Shown: positions 1-8,891 of the stretch, piece after piece
Position numbering within the stretch: the first letter of the stretch is position 1
Layout: the number at the start of each line of letters is the position of its first letter
IMG/VR virus record: IMGVR_UViG_3300000510_000016
Coordinates: 1 to 64,000 of that record
From: a virus
Taxonomy: Duplodnaviria > Caudoviricetes
DNA: 64,000 nucleotides
Reading direction: 5' to 3' (one strand)
Notes under the pieces: model-generated
What the model was told of the DNA's origin: nothing
Seen by the model: the letters and a program-made list of their open reading frames with translations, nothing else
Database searches by the model: none
Program-made: the position numbers and the translations under genes

Positions 1-326
1 GCTGCATTTTCTGGTTGGTATTCACCTTTAACAAAAGACTCTCCGTTATAAGTATAGATACCATTCTTAGACGTATCTGAATCATTGGTGACAAACACAC
101 TAACGTTTTCAGATAGATTACTAGCATTAGCTGCCATTTCATCGTAAGTTTCATAAGACCTTTGAGAGTAAGATTTCATGTACTCTAAATAGTATTGGAG
201 ACTGTTAATATCGGAAGCTAACCTACGAGGTATCATTACGTTTTCAGGTTCATTAATAAAATCAGCTAAGCTAATAGCGTCTTCACTTGCATCTTTTAAT
301 TGTTGTATACTAATTGGCTCAGCCAT
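1..326 (-). CDS. Tail fibre/tailspike protein, N-terminal part (runs off the left edge)
   Basis: Not in the ORF track. I translated it from ATG at 326 (SD AGGA upstream): MAEPISIQQLKDASEDAISLADFINEPENVMIPRRLASDINSLQYY..., open to base 1. It follows the lysis genes in the tail operon and resembles fibre N-termini of Acinetobacter/Psychrobacter phages. Confidence 0.7.
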   Translation of the reverse strand, partial: MAEPISIQQLKDASEDAISLADFINEPENVMIPRRLASDINSLQYYLEYMKSYSQRSYETYDEMAANASNLSENVSVFVTNDSDTSKNGIYTYNGESFVKGEYQPENA

Positions 327-353
327 ATTTATTCCTAATATTTATTGTTTATA

Positions 354-1235
354 TCACAAGTGTTTTAAGCATTTCTCTAATGTTTGGCAGAAATCAACAT
401 AACCATTCAATCCGCCATTCACGGTTTTACGAACAAGCCTAGCACCATAATTCATTTCGTAATTGTTAGTTTCTTTGCCTTTAGAGTCTAAAGTATTAAG
501 AGTGTATCCATCAGAATAAGTATTAATCTTTTCAGCCATCTCATTAATACCCTTTAGCTTCCAATAAGCCATAGCTGCAATTACTGAGTTTTCTAAATCT
601 TCAATTAATGTTGGATTATCTCCAAAAGGAACACCTGTCATCACTTGAAGCTCATAGTAGTTGCTACGGAATGTGTTCTGAATAATTCCACCACCACGAT
701 AATCCCAACCATCATTTGTGTTAGGTCTATTACCATAGCGATTGCCATACAAGTGATTAGCTACCTCAGCCTGTCCTTTGGCTATCAAATTCCTTGCGAA
801 ATTCAAATTAGGTATCCTAGTAGGGAAAACAGCTAAGAGCCTTTCTGGACGATAATTAAAGCTCTCACGCTTAGCATTAAACCCATTAGACTCAATTAAG
901 CAAGTGGCAATAAATGCACACATCTGTTTCTTAGTGGTAATGTCGTACTTAGGGGCGTGTTTAAGGATAAGAGGAATTGCTTTAACATTCACATTATGGT
1001 ATACTTTCTTTAATGATTGCTCAGAAAGATTGTATTGGCGAGTAATACTCGGTTGTTCAGTAGGAGGTAAGTCCCACTTATTAATCTTAGCTAAACATTC
1101 TTGTAATACATCAGGTTTGACAACAGCTAATAATTCAGCTCCACCATCTACTTGAGTTTGTGTTAGCTTACCATTATCCTGTTTGGTCTTTAACCAATCA
1201 AAGAAGTCTTTATCGTCTAGAATCGCATTCTGCAT
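354..1235 (-). CDS. Endolysin, glycoside hydrolase family 19 (chitinase-like lysozyme)
   Basis: GH19 motifs FIATCLIESNGF..RESFNY, YGNR.GN..TNDGWDYRGGGIIQ.TFRSNY and VNGGLNG; directly follows a holin-like ORF. Confidence 0.9.
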   Translation of the reverse strand: MQNAILDDKDFFDWLKTKQDNGKLTQTQVDGGAELLAVVKPDVLQECLAKINKWDLPPTEQPSITRQYNLSEQSLKKVYHNVNVKAIPLILKHAPKYDITTKKQMCAFIATCLIESNGFNAKRESFNYRPERLLAVFPTRIPNLNFARNLIAKGQAEVANHLYGNRYGNRPNTNDGWDYRGGGIIQNTFRSNYYELQVMTGVPFGDNPTLIEDLENSVIAAMAYWKLKGINEMAEKINTYSDGYTLNTLDSKGKETNNYEMNYGARLVRKTVNGGLNGYVDFCQTLEKCLKHL

Positions 1236-1237
1236 GT

Positions 1238-1438
1238 TTACTCCCGTAAGCTAGGCTGCTTGATAATCCAACCTAATACACTTGTAACACCTACCACTAC
1301 AGGTAACATAGAAGTGGGGACTAGGTTTTGGGCTGTGTAATAGTCTGCTACAGCAATAATGATAGTAGCTAATAGTGGTAGTAATACAGCTAGTGATTTG
1401 TAGAATTTATACCAGTTGCTTGAGATTAGGTCTTTCAT
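1238..1438 (-). CDS. Holin (small two-TM protein)
   Basis: 66 aa, two hydrophobic segments, charged C-terminus, immediately upstream of the endolysin. Confidence 0.7.
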   Translation of the reverse strand: MKDLISSNWYKFYKSLAVLLPLLATIIIAVADYYTAQNLVPTSMLPVVVGVTSVLGWIIKQPSLRE

Positions 1439-1448
1439 GATATTCCTT

Positions 1449-2432
1449 TTATGCTATACGTTTCCAGAAGTAGACTACGATAGATGGCTGTACGTTGTTA
1501 TGAGGCTTGTCGCCTCCTGAAGGTTTTGAACGAGAGTAACTATCTGCTGCCGCTGTTTTGTCATCTCCAGAGGCGTAAAGTCTGTCCCCTGTGCCTGTTG
1601 GAATTGTACTGCCCTCTCCAACCTCATGTGTGTGCGAAGGCATTTGTTCTAGAGTTAGCGTTTCATTATAAGTTCCGAAAACCCTGCCGTTCATTTTAGT
1701 CCACTCAGGGATGCTAGCACTAATGTCTGTGCTTATACCTACTAAAGTTCTACCTTCTGCAAATCTTTCCCAAGTTCCGTAACCTAATCTTACAGATGGG
1801 TTTCCATCTGTAGTAGTAATATAGATATCACCGACTTTGAAAGTTTGTAAGAGGAAAGTTAATTGTTCATGGGTAACAACATCTTTAGGGTTTGTTCCAC
1901 CACTAAATTCTGCTGTAATACCTAATCCTTTACGAACTTTAGCTACACCATCTTGGAATAAAAATCCAGAGTCTCCGTCAGGGCTATTGTAAGATGGGGC
2001 TGATGCAGAACCCAGCATAACAGGGTTGGCTTTACTTACATACAAACCTAGATAACCTTCTTCAGACTCAATCTTATTAAGCTTATCTGAGTAATTATCA
2101 AAATCAGCTTGACTAACAAAAGCAATCTGCCAGATATTTGTATTAAGTGTGGGGTCTTTATCTGTACTAGGACTTGTAGCTTTATAGATAACACCTGAAC
2201 GAGCAGCATAAGCGTCTGAAGGATATTGTGTACGGCTATCCCATTCAGGAATGCCTCTCTCGTTGATGTATTGCAACATTCTGTCTTGACGATTCTGTAG
2301 CCAGTTCATTGTCTCGTTAAGCGGTTTCTCAATTACCCAACCCTCTTCGACTTTCTCACTAGAAGGGATTTCGATGTTACCACCCTCAGCCCAGACACCA
2401 TAGTTCATGTCTGGTTTATTTAAAATAGGCAT
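1449..2432 (-). CDS. Short tail fibre / baseplate fibre protein
   Basis: N-terminal WAEGG...EEGW..EKP..ETMNWLQN fibre-attachment motif; C-terminal GTWERFAEGRTLVG...TLTLEQMPSHTH...PHNNVQPSIVVYFWKR (T4 gp10/gp12 C-terminal-like). Confidence 0.8.
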   Translation of the reverse strand: MPILNKPDMNYGVWAEGGNIEIPSSEKVEEGWVIEKPLNETMNWLQNRQDRMLQYINERGIPEWDSRTQYPSDAYAARSGVIYKATSPSTDKDPTLNTNIWQIAFVSQADFDNYSDKLNKIESEEGYLGLYVSKANPVMLGSASAPSYNSPDGDSGFLFQDGVAKVRKGLGITAEFSGGTNPKDVVTHEQLTFLLQTFKVGDIYITTTDGNPSVRLGYGTWERFAEGRTLVGISTDISASIPEWTKMNGRVFGTYNETLTLEQMPSHTHEVGEGSTIPTGTGDRLYASGDDKTAAADSYSRSKPSGGDKPHNNVQPSIVVYFWKRIA

Positions 2433-2449
2433 TCATAATTCTCCGTATA

Positions 2450-3259
2450 TTATTCAATTATTCCAAGCCCAGAGGGTAGGTCTACGTTAACAAGTTTTTC
2501 TAATGAAGCTGTAACAGTAGGTAATTTATCTCCATAAAAAATTCTAGCCCCCGCCACAGGTAGGTCTACGTTAACAAGTTTCTCTAGTAGGTTTAAGAAC
2601 TCAGTCATTTCCTCACCGAAGTAATCTTCACCTTCAATATGACCTAAGTTTAACCTGACACCTGCTGCAACAGGTAATATGTTAGCTTTAGTGTCAATGT
2701 TGTCTACGAAGTATGAGAGCAAACCTGTCTTATCTTTAGACTTGACTGTTATAATACCTTGTTGTATTGTCTGAGTGGTATTATCTGTTCTATTGGTTAT
2801 TAGGTTTATTACTTCTAGTAAGTCATTAGGAGAACAATTAGAGTGGTTGGATATAATCCTAGCTTTAATGATTCTTCGGTACTCATCGTCACTTAAACGT
2901 CTAGCTGTAGCGGCATTAAAGTAACTTCGTGAGTTCCAATAGCCACCAACATAAGGTGCTCCTGACATTCCGAAAGTATCGCTTTTATAAGCACCCTCAA
3001 AGCCAAAATAAGTCTCAGCATTAAATCCCACTAAGAACCTATCTTGACCTACTAACTTACCGATGAAATCTAAATGAAAGTTCTCAGCAGCATCAATGTT
3101 TAGTATGTTATCTGAAAACCAAAGTAAGTCTATTTGTTGTTCATGATAAACAGAGAATATTGATTGAAATAACTTATGGAGGTTATCACTCTCTCTGAAT
3201 AGTGAAGGCTCTAAATCGTAGTAATCAGCTAGGTAATCTAGTGTCTTAATTATAACCAT
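2450..3259 (-). CDS. Baseplate wedge protein (DUF2612-like)
   Basis: LDFIGKLVGQDR and LSDDEYRRIIKARI motifs; lies directly after baseplate J. Confidence 0.75.
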   Translation of the reverse strand: MVIIKTLDYLADYYDLEPSLFRESDNLHKLFQSIFSVYHEQQIDLLWFSDNILNIDAAENFHLDFIGKLVGQDRFLVGFNAETYFGFEGAYKSDTFGMSGAPYVGGYWNSRSYFNAATARRLSDDEYRRIIKARIISNHSNCSPNDLLEVINLITNRTDNTTQTIQQGIITVKSKDKTGLLSYFVDNIDTKANILPVAAGVRLNLGHIEGEDYFGEEMTEFLNLLEKLVNVDLPVAGARIFYGDKLPTVTASLEKLVNVDLPSGLGIIE

Positions 3260-4710
3260 TAGTTACCTCCGATATTAATATCTTCAGCACTGATTGTGGC
3301 AATCTCATTATGACGGATAATCACATCTTCTAATCCTAATGTACCACCTCTATAACCAAACTTAAGGTTCTTAACAGCAAAACCTTCGATAGAGTTGATA
3401 GGGGCATATAGACGAGAGTAGTGAATATCCTCACCTACGTTCAGGTTATTAAACCACTCAACGATAGCTTGTTTGATGCGAGCGTTACCATTACTAGGGA
3501 AATCAGGGTAGGTGATTAATGACATAGAGATTTCTAAAGGTTTGATAACAGGTCTTGAGAATCTAACATCATGAGAGAATCCATTTATATCTTTGACTTT
3601 CTTCAGGATGTCACCATTAGTATAAATACCCTCTGAAACAGTGTTAAAGATAGCTAGTGCAATATCATCCTCATTACCACCCATTACAGTGATAGACACA
3701 CCATTATTAATAATACCAGAGTTTGTAGCATTGGTAGATGTGTTCTGTTGTACGTTCTCATACACAACCCCTCTCACGGACTTTATAGCCATCAAAATAG
3801 CCGTGTATTTGCCCATAGCAGGTTGTTGTAGTAGTTTGCCTCTAAAGCGGTAATCCTCGTCTGTTTCTACGCCTGTTGATGGGAAAATGTAGTAAGGATT
3901 GGTTACTCCTCGCCACCCTAATACAGGTGTCTTAATTGAGGTAACTTGACCTGCTTTACTCTCTTGAGAATCATAGGTAGTTGAGGTAACATATACAGGC
4001 ATATATGAACGAGGTATGTTGATTGAGCCTGACACACTAAAGTTTCCAATACGTGATTGGTCTACAATAACAACCTTTACTGAGTTGTCATTATTTCTAG
4101 TAGCATATAAATAACTAGATTGACTATTAACAGCATCTACAAGTCTGTCAGCTACTTGTCTAATTGTGGTATCAGATGAACTTGTTTCTACAATGACAGA
4201 TGGAGATTGTGATAAGAACCCATCAATATTATAACTAAGTGAGTAAGTACCGCCTACAGATGTCACTGCAATATCAACACCATTAGCATTGCTAGTCTTG
4301 AATGTAACATTACTATCTGTTTGATAAGTGTTACCTGTCAAGCTATTACCTACAGAACTACCTCTTGTGATGAAAGTACCTATGTCGCCATACAGAATAA
4401 CCATACCTGTTGCTTGAGATTCAGCCTTACGCTTAATACGATGTAATCCCCAAAGGATGTTATCTAGCTGTTGTCCTTCTGCACTATTAATATCAAATGC
4501 TTGTAGGATTAAAGGTAATATTTCAGCATTCTGTACTAATGGTTTAGACACAGTAGCAAATATTCTACCTAACATACTAGAGTCATCTACTCTTAATTCT
4601 TTGCCATCTAGCTTATCAGCAAATGCCACCTTAGCAGCATCAGACATATCCTTGCGGAAATTATCAATTCCTTGAATAATTACACCACGTTCATCAAACC
4701 TATTTGGCAT
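3259..4710 (-). CDS. Baseplate J-like protein
   Basis: AEGQQLDNI, GWRGVTNP..GVETDEDYRFR motifs; length and position. Confidence 0.85.
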   Translation of the reverse strand: MPNRFDERGVIIQGIDNFRKDMSDAAKVAFADKLDGKELRVDDSSMLGRIFATVSKPLVQNAEILPLILQAFDINSAEGQQLDNILWGLHRIKRKAESQATGMVILYGDIGTFITRGSSVGNSLTGNTYQTDSNVTFKTSNANGVDIAVTSVGGTYSLSYNIDGFLSQSPSVIVETSSSDTTIRQVADRLVDAVNSQSSYLYATRNNDNSVKVVIVDQSRIGNFSVSGSINIPRSYMPVYVTSTTYDSQESKAGQVTSIKTPVLGWRGVTNPYYIFPSTGVETDEDYRFRGKLLQQPAMGKYTAILMAIKSVRGVVYENVQQNTSTNATNSGIINNGVSITVMGGNEDDIALAIFNTVSEGIYTNGDILKKVKDINGFSHDVRFSRPVIKPLEISMSLITYPDFPSNGNARIKQAIVEWFNNLNVGEDIHYSRLYAPINSIEGFAVKNLKFGYRGGTLGLEDVIIRHNEIATISAEDINIGGN

Positions 4711-4732
4711 TTTTACCTCTTTTGTGTTTAGA

Positions 4733-5161
4733 TTAAATTGAAGCTGTTAACCTATTACCATCTTGGTCTGTGAGGATAACGCCGTTTTCGTTTGTTAGGA
4801 TGTAATAAGTTAATATAGTTGGTTCATCAATAACCTTAACTCTGAACTTACAAGCATAGGAGTAATTGAATATTTCAGATTCAAAATAATCAATACTCTC
4901 TACCATAGGTTCTTTATTGATTTCATTTCTTATGATAATGTCTACAGAGCTTTTAGGTCTATTCCTACCAAACACTGTATTAAGGTAATCAATACCATAA
5001 TTAATGTTCCAGAATAAATCTCTGGGGTAGGTCTTTAACCTTAAGAACAATCTTTGCATTAGGTCTTCAGCAGGAGATTGTGTGATAGCTAAATCAACCA
5101 ACCCATCTCCACCTTCCTCTAACACAATGTCAAATGTTTGTTGGTCGAATTTAATATCCAT
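4733..5161 (-). CDS. Baseplate wedge subunit (gp25/gpW-like)
   Basis: QRLFLRLKTY..DLFWNINYGIDY motif; lies between spike and baseplate J. Confidence 0.75.
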   Translation of the reverse strand: MDIKFDQQTFDIVLEEGGDGLVDLAITQSPAEDLMQRLFLRLKTYPRDLFWNINYGIDYLNTVFGRNRPKSSVDIIIRNEINKEPMVESIDYFESEIFNYSYACKFRVKVIDEPTILTYYILTNENGVILTDQDGNRLTASI

Positions 5162-5171
5162 TTAATAATCT

Positions 5172-5873
5172 CTAAATGTTTGGTGGAGAAGTAGGAGAGC
5201 CTTGGTTACCTATATGAGTGTGTTTAAGCATAAACTCATTAACACTCTTACCCTGTATCTCAACATCGCCTTGTGTAGTTATAGTGGCATTATTAGCATT
5301 AACACTATCAGCTATCACCTCAACTACTTTAGACTCAACAACCACCTTTGTAGGTGACTTCAACGAGATATCCCCGTCAGTGTTGATAGAAATAATAGCC
5401 TCATTATCAGTATTCTTATTATGTACGATATTGAGGTCTTGATTATTGAAGTCGTTAGTATAGTTGTTAGGATTGAAAGCTGATTGCTGATAAGGAGTAA
5501 AACCTACGATAGCTACTACGTTTGATAAGTTTCCCCAACCATTACCGAAAGGGTCGTGCGCCTCTTTCTCGCCATTAACAAAACTAAGTATATCTACTGA
5601 TTGGAATAACAGGTCTACAGTATCACCTTGTTTAATAGGAAAAACTATTGATGAACTTTTTGTAGATGGCATAAGAACTTGAACATTACGAATAGGTGGG
5701 TACTCAATAGTCTCACCTGTCACAGAGTTCATGTTGTTTACGAGAGGCTTTACATCAATAAACCCATCAACTAAGTTGTCTGTATTGACAACAATAGCAG
5801 GGAAGGATATATTTGATTTATGATTATTCAACTTAATCATGTGTTTTATAATTGACTCTAAACTTCCTCTCAT
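5172..5873 (-). CDS. Baseplate central spike (gpV/gp138-like)
   Basis: OB-fold-like N-terminus (FPIKQGDTVDLLF) and C-terminal HTH metal-binding apex (KHTHIGNQGSPTSPP). Confidence 0.8.
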   Translation of the reverse strand: MRGSLESIIKHMIKLNNHKSNISFPAIVVNTDNLVDGFIDVKPLVNNMNSVTGETIEYPPIRNVQVLMPSTKSSSIVFPIKQGDTVDLLFQSVDILSFVNGEKEAHDPFGNGWGNLSNVVAIVGFTPYQQSAFNPNNYTNDFNNQDLNIVHNKNTDNEAIISINTDGDISLKSPTKVVVESKVVEVIADSVNANNATITTQGDVEIQGKSVNEFMLKHTHIGNQGSPTSPPNI

Positions 5874-5897
5874 AATCCCTCTTTTTACTTCGTAATA

Positions 5898-7619
5898 TTA
5901 TTCCATTAAAGGAGCTATTTCTCTATTTGTTGGTTGTGAGCTAACTTTATATCCTGATACACTACTATTATCTGTATCTTCACAATACAATGTCATTAGC
6001 CAATCACCTTTTTTATTATTACCTGTGAACTTAGCATTCCTAACCCTGTGAGCTAATAATTCTTTAGTATACTTGTCCTCAGTAAAGATAAGTGATTGAG
6101 GTTTGACAGACGGGTTAAGTAAGGCAACGATACGGTTATATCTTCTGTTAACTTCTACAGGAGTACGTCCATACAATTCTTCTTGGTTTTGCTCAAACAA
6201 CCCTTTCTTTTGTTCGCTTTCTTCTAAATCAGATGTGGGGCTATTGTCTTGTTGAGAACCATCTTTTCCGTAAACGCTTATATGTAAGTGTGGGGCTGTT
6301 GCTCCAGTAGATGGAAAATTATATTCATCTAAGACTGTAACTCTATACCCGTTTTGCTGAGCTGCCTCAAGGATACGCTTCTTCTGGTTCTGAGCACCTG
6401 CGTGAGCACTCTTGATTGTTAAATCAAAAGCTTGTCCACTTGCATGACTACTAGAGCTTCCTGCATGGTGGTAATCATTAAACCCAGTGAATCTAATTAA
6501 GTCACTCCCAAGAACATTTGAAACTATCTTGGAGAAGTCGGATGTATAGCCTCTAACTTGACCACCACCAGTAGCTTGTCCACCAACACCACCTTTGATT
6601 ACTAGACCTTCTAGAGTGGAGTTACTAACATAGCCGTCTCCAGAGTCGTTATAAGAGCTAACGATATTCTCTGAACCACTTTTCTTTTTCTTCTCTTCTC
6701 TAGGGTTCATTCTCTTATATAAAGACTCTGCTGTCTCCCTCTCATTCCTACCTAACTCTTGGTCTAAGAAAGCTGTTACTAATTGATACTCTGCTTGTTG
6801 GCTTATTAAGCCTGTATCTTTAGTTAGAATAAAACCTTGACTGTTACTCTCGTCATCTGTTAATGTGCTGTAGAATATATTCTTTCCTGCAACCGTTTCT
6901 GGGTCTGTTGTATCAATAGCAGGGTATCCAGTTTGAATTGCTTTTAAAACCCTCTTGATACCAATGTCAGTAAAGGAGAATGCAGCAGAGTCTTTACCAT
7001 CAGCTAAAATTCTACCAAAGCTTAAGCCATAGTAATCAGTGACACCATCAAGGACAGTGTTAACATTACCAATGTTGTAGCTTGTAGTTTTAACTGTAGA
7101 TACAAATTTTAATACGTCTTGAGCGTGTTCTTTAGGTACATTATCTAACACAAAAATCATTTGAGGAAAGCCAATAGCTGTTGCTAAGTTTTCTAGTAAG
7201 TCATACAGGGGTAGTGGAGTTAAGCTATCAGAAACAGCATATCCTGAAAAGAAGTGGGTAAGAAGGTTGGCACTACATTCAATAGTGGTAGCTGTAATGT
7301 TGTTAGAGACCTCTGTATAAACCCTAGAGATATGAGCAATGAATAATGTATCTATTTCTGCATATACATATCCACAATCAAGCCATATCTCCCCACCTTC
7401 TTCTTCAAGTAAAGCTATAGTCTCATCGGATAAGCCGTAGATTGTAACTTTACCAGAATCATCTTCTTGGGTTTGGTCTACTGTCTTAAAGTATTCAAAC
7501 TCTATTTCAAAATCATTACCAATCACTGTCTTAACTTCTTTCTTGAAGTTCTTAATAGTAACGCTACAATGTCTTAGGTATTGCTTCTGAACACGAGGAA
7601 CATCGTTACTCTCCGACAT
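5898..7619 (-). CDS. Baseplate hub protein with an internal peptidase M15-like domain
   Basis: Position between the Dit-like genes and the spike; hub-like ends (LLNPSVKP...GDW). Internal SSHASGQAFDL...APHLHIS zinc-peptidase motifs. Confidence 0.7.
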   Translation of the reverse strand: MSESNDVPRVQKQYLRHCSVTIKNFKKEVKTVIGNDFEIEFEYFKTVDQTQEDDSGKVTIYGLSDETIALLEEEGGEIWLDCGYVYAEIDTLFIAHISRVYTEVSNNITATTIECSANLLTHFFSGYAVSDSLTPLPLYDLLENLATAIGFPQMIFVLDNVPKEHAQDVLKFVSTVKTTSYNIGNVNTVLDGVTDYYGLSFGRILADGKDSAAFSFTDIGIKRVLKAIQTGYPAIDTTDPETVAGKNIFYSTLTDDESNSQGFILTKDTGLISQQAEYQLVTAFLDQELGRNERETAESLYKRMNPREEKKKKSGSENIVSSYNDSGDGYVSNSTLEGLVIKGGVGGQATGGGQVRGYTSDFSKIVSNVLGSDLIRFTGFNDYHHAGSSSSHASGQAFDLTIKSAHAGAQNQKKRILEAAQQNGYRVTVLDEYNFPSTGATAPHLHISVYGKDGSQQDNSPTSDLEESEQKKGLFEQNQEELYGRTPVEVNRRYNRIVALLNPSVKPQSLIFTEDKYTKELLAHRVRNAKFTGNNKKGDWLMTLYCEDTDNSSVSGYKVSSQPTNREIAPLME

Positions 7620-8007
7620 ATACCGTTCTCCAGTTAATCTTAAACTTCTCTTCTGTTGTTTGTAATCTTCCTAAGAAGTATAAGTCGAAATCTTTAGACC
7701 AGTTTAGATAATCATAATCATCAGGAACAATCATGTCTTTTGATTTAGGTTTTAATGTGACAGTAAAGCTAATACCTTTTCTATTAGCATTAAAGTTAAA
7801 CTCGCATATCTTTTTATTCTTAAGAAATGTTTGTGTTAAAAGAGGCTTGTTGCCTTGGTCAGTAATCATAATCCAACGCATTTTATTTCTGGTGTTATAA
7901 CCACAGATAAGATTTAATGGACGTTGAAGAATATCTATCTTAGACACATAATGAAGTTTGTCACTAACTGGTACGGTGATAAAGGAATCTAGGTCTGTTA
8001 TAATCAA
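7606..8007 (-). CDS. Virion baseplate protein, uncharacterised
   Basis: Overlaps neighbours on both sides within the tail operon. Confidence 0.55.
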   Translation of the reverse strand: MIITDLDSFITVPVSDKLHYVSKIDILQRPLNLICGYNTRNKMRWIMITDQGNKPLLTQTFLKNKKICEFNFNANRKGISFTVTLKPKSKDMIVPDDYDYLNWSKDFDLYFLGRLQTTEEKFKINWRTVYVGE

Positions 8008-8882
8008 TCTGTAACCCCATCAATAGTCATTAAGGCAGCAGGATTGCGCCCTTGAATAACACGGTAGTTCTCACCTGCCTTAACTATGGTGTGTGTTTTA
8101 CCTGTACGCCACACTGCTTCTGCTGCCCTTTCTTTAGCCTTTAAGTAGTTTTCATCATCATTGATACCCAACTTCTCTCGCATGATTTTTTCCATTTCAT
8201 CACGATTCCCCTTCTCAATAGCAGGCACACTATCATCAGGTAGCCCAGTAGTAGGGTCGATAAGACCTTCTTCTGTTTTACTCTTACCCCCACTATAAGG
8301 TTCAAAATTAGTGGGGGCTTCTCTTAATAAGGCTCTTTTCTCACCCTCAGCTAATTCGGTAATAGCTACATTAGCCATAACTATTTTCTGAAGTTTTATC
8401 TCTGCGTGAATAGCGCCTGTACCAGTATCAGGGTGAGAAAATGATAAAGATGAAATAACACAGTCTTCAATCTCTTTGAAGTAGCCTGATTTAAGCTCTT
8501 CAACTTTGGCGATATCGTTAGCGTTTTCAGAGTTAACAGATGACTCTATTAAAGTTACAACCTTTCTATCAGAGAATACCCGAATCATTTGTTCTCTAAC
8601 TTCAATATGATAGTTAAGGTTAGGTTCTCCGCCTGAACTAAATTCTTCCCCATCCCAAACAATCTCTCTATCTTTTTTGAAAAGAGAGTAACTAGACAGT
8701 ACGGCACTAATATTATAAGTAGGAGCTTCAATGTTAGTGTTATCTGAAATGTTAAAGCCATACTCAACAGTTTGAGAAGTGACAGTGGCATTCCAAGATT
8801 CATCCATTGACGTAATAGAATCAAAAGATATAATTGCATCTATCTTACCATTATCATCTTTTCTAACTATCGTGTATATCAT
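8004..8882 (-). CDS. Distal tail / tube-initiator (Dit-like) protein
   Basis: Immediately after the tape measure; FDSITS..ESWNATVTSQTVEYG..ISD pattern is typical at this position. Confidence 0.6.
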   Translation of the reverse strand: MIYTIVRKDDNGKIDAIISFDSITSMDESWNATVTSQTVEYGFNISDNTNIEAPTYNISAVLSSYSLFKKDREIVWDGEEFSSGGEPNLNYHIEVREQMIRVFSDRKVVTLIESSVNSENANDIAKVEELKSGYFKEIEDCVISSLSFSHPDTGTGAIHAEIKLQKIVMANVAITELAEGEKRALLREAPTNFEPYSGGKSKTEEGLIDPTTGLPDDSVPAIEKGNRDEMEKIMREKLGINDDENYLKAKERAAEAVWRTGKTHTIVKAGENYRVIQGRNPAALMTIDGVTD

Positions 8883-8891
8883 TATAATGCC

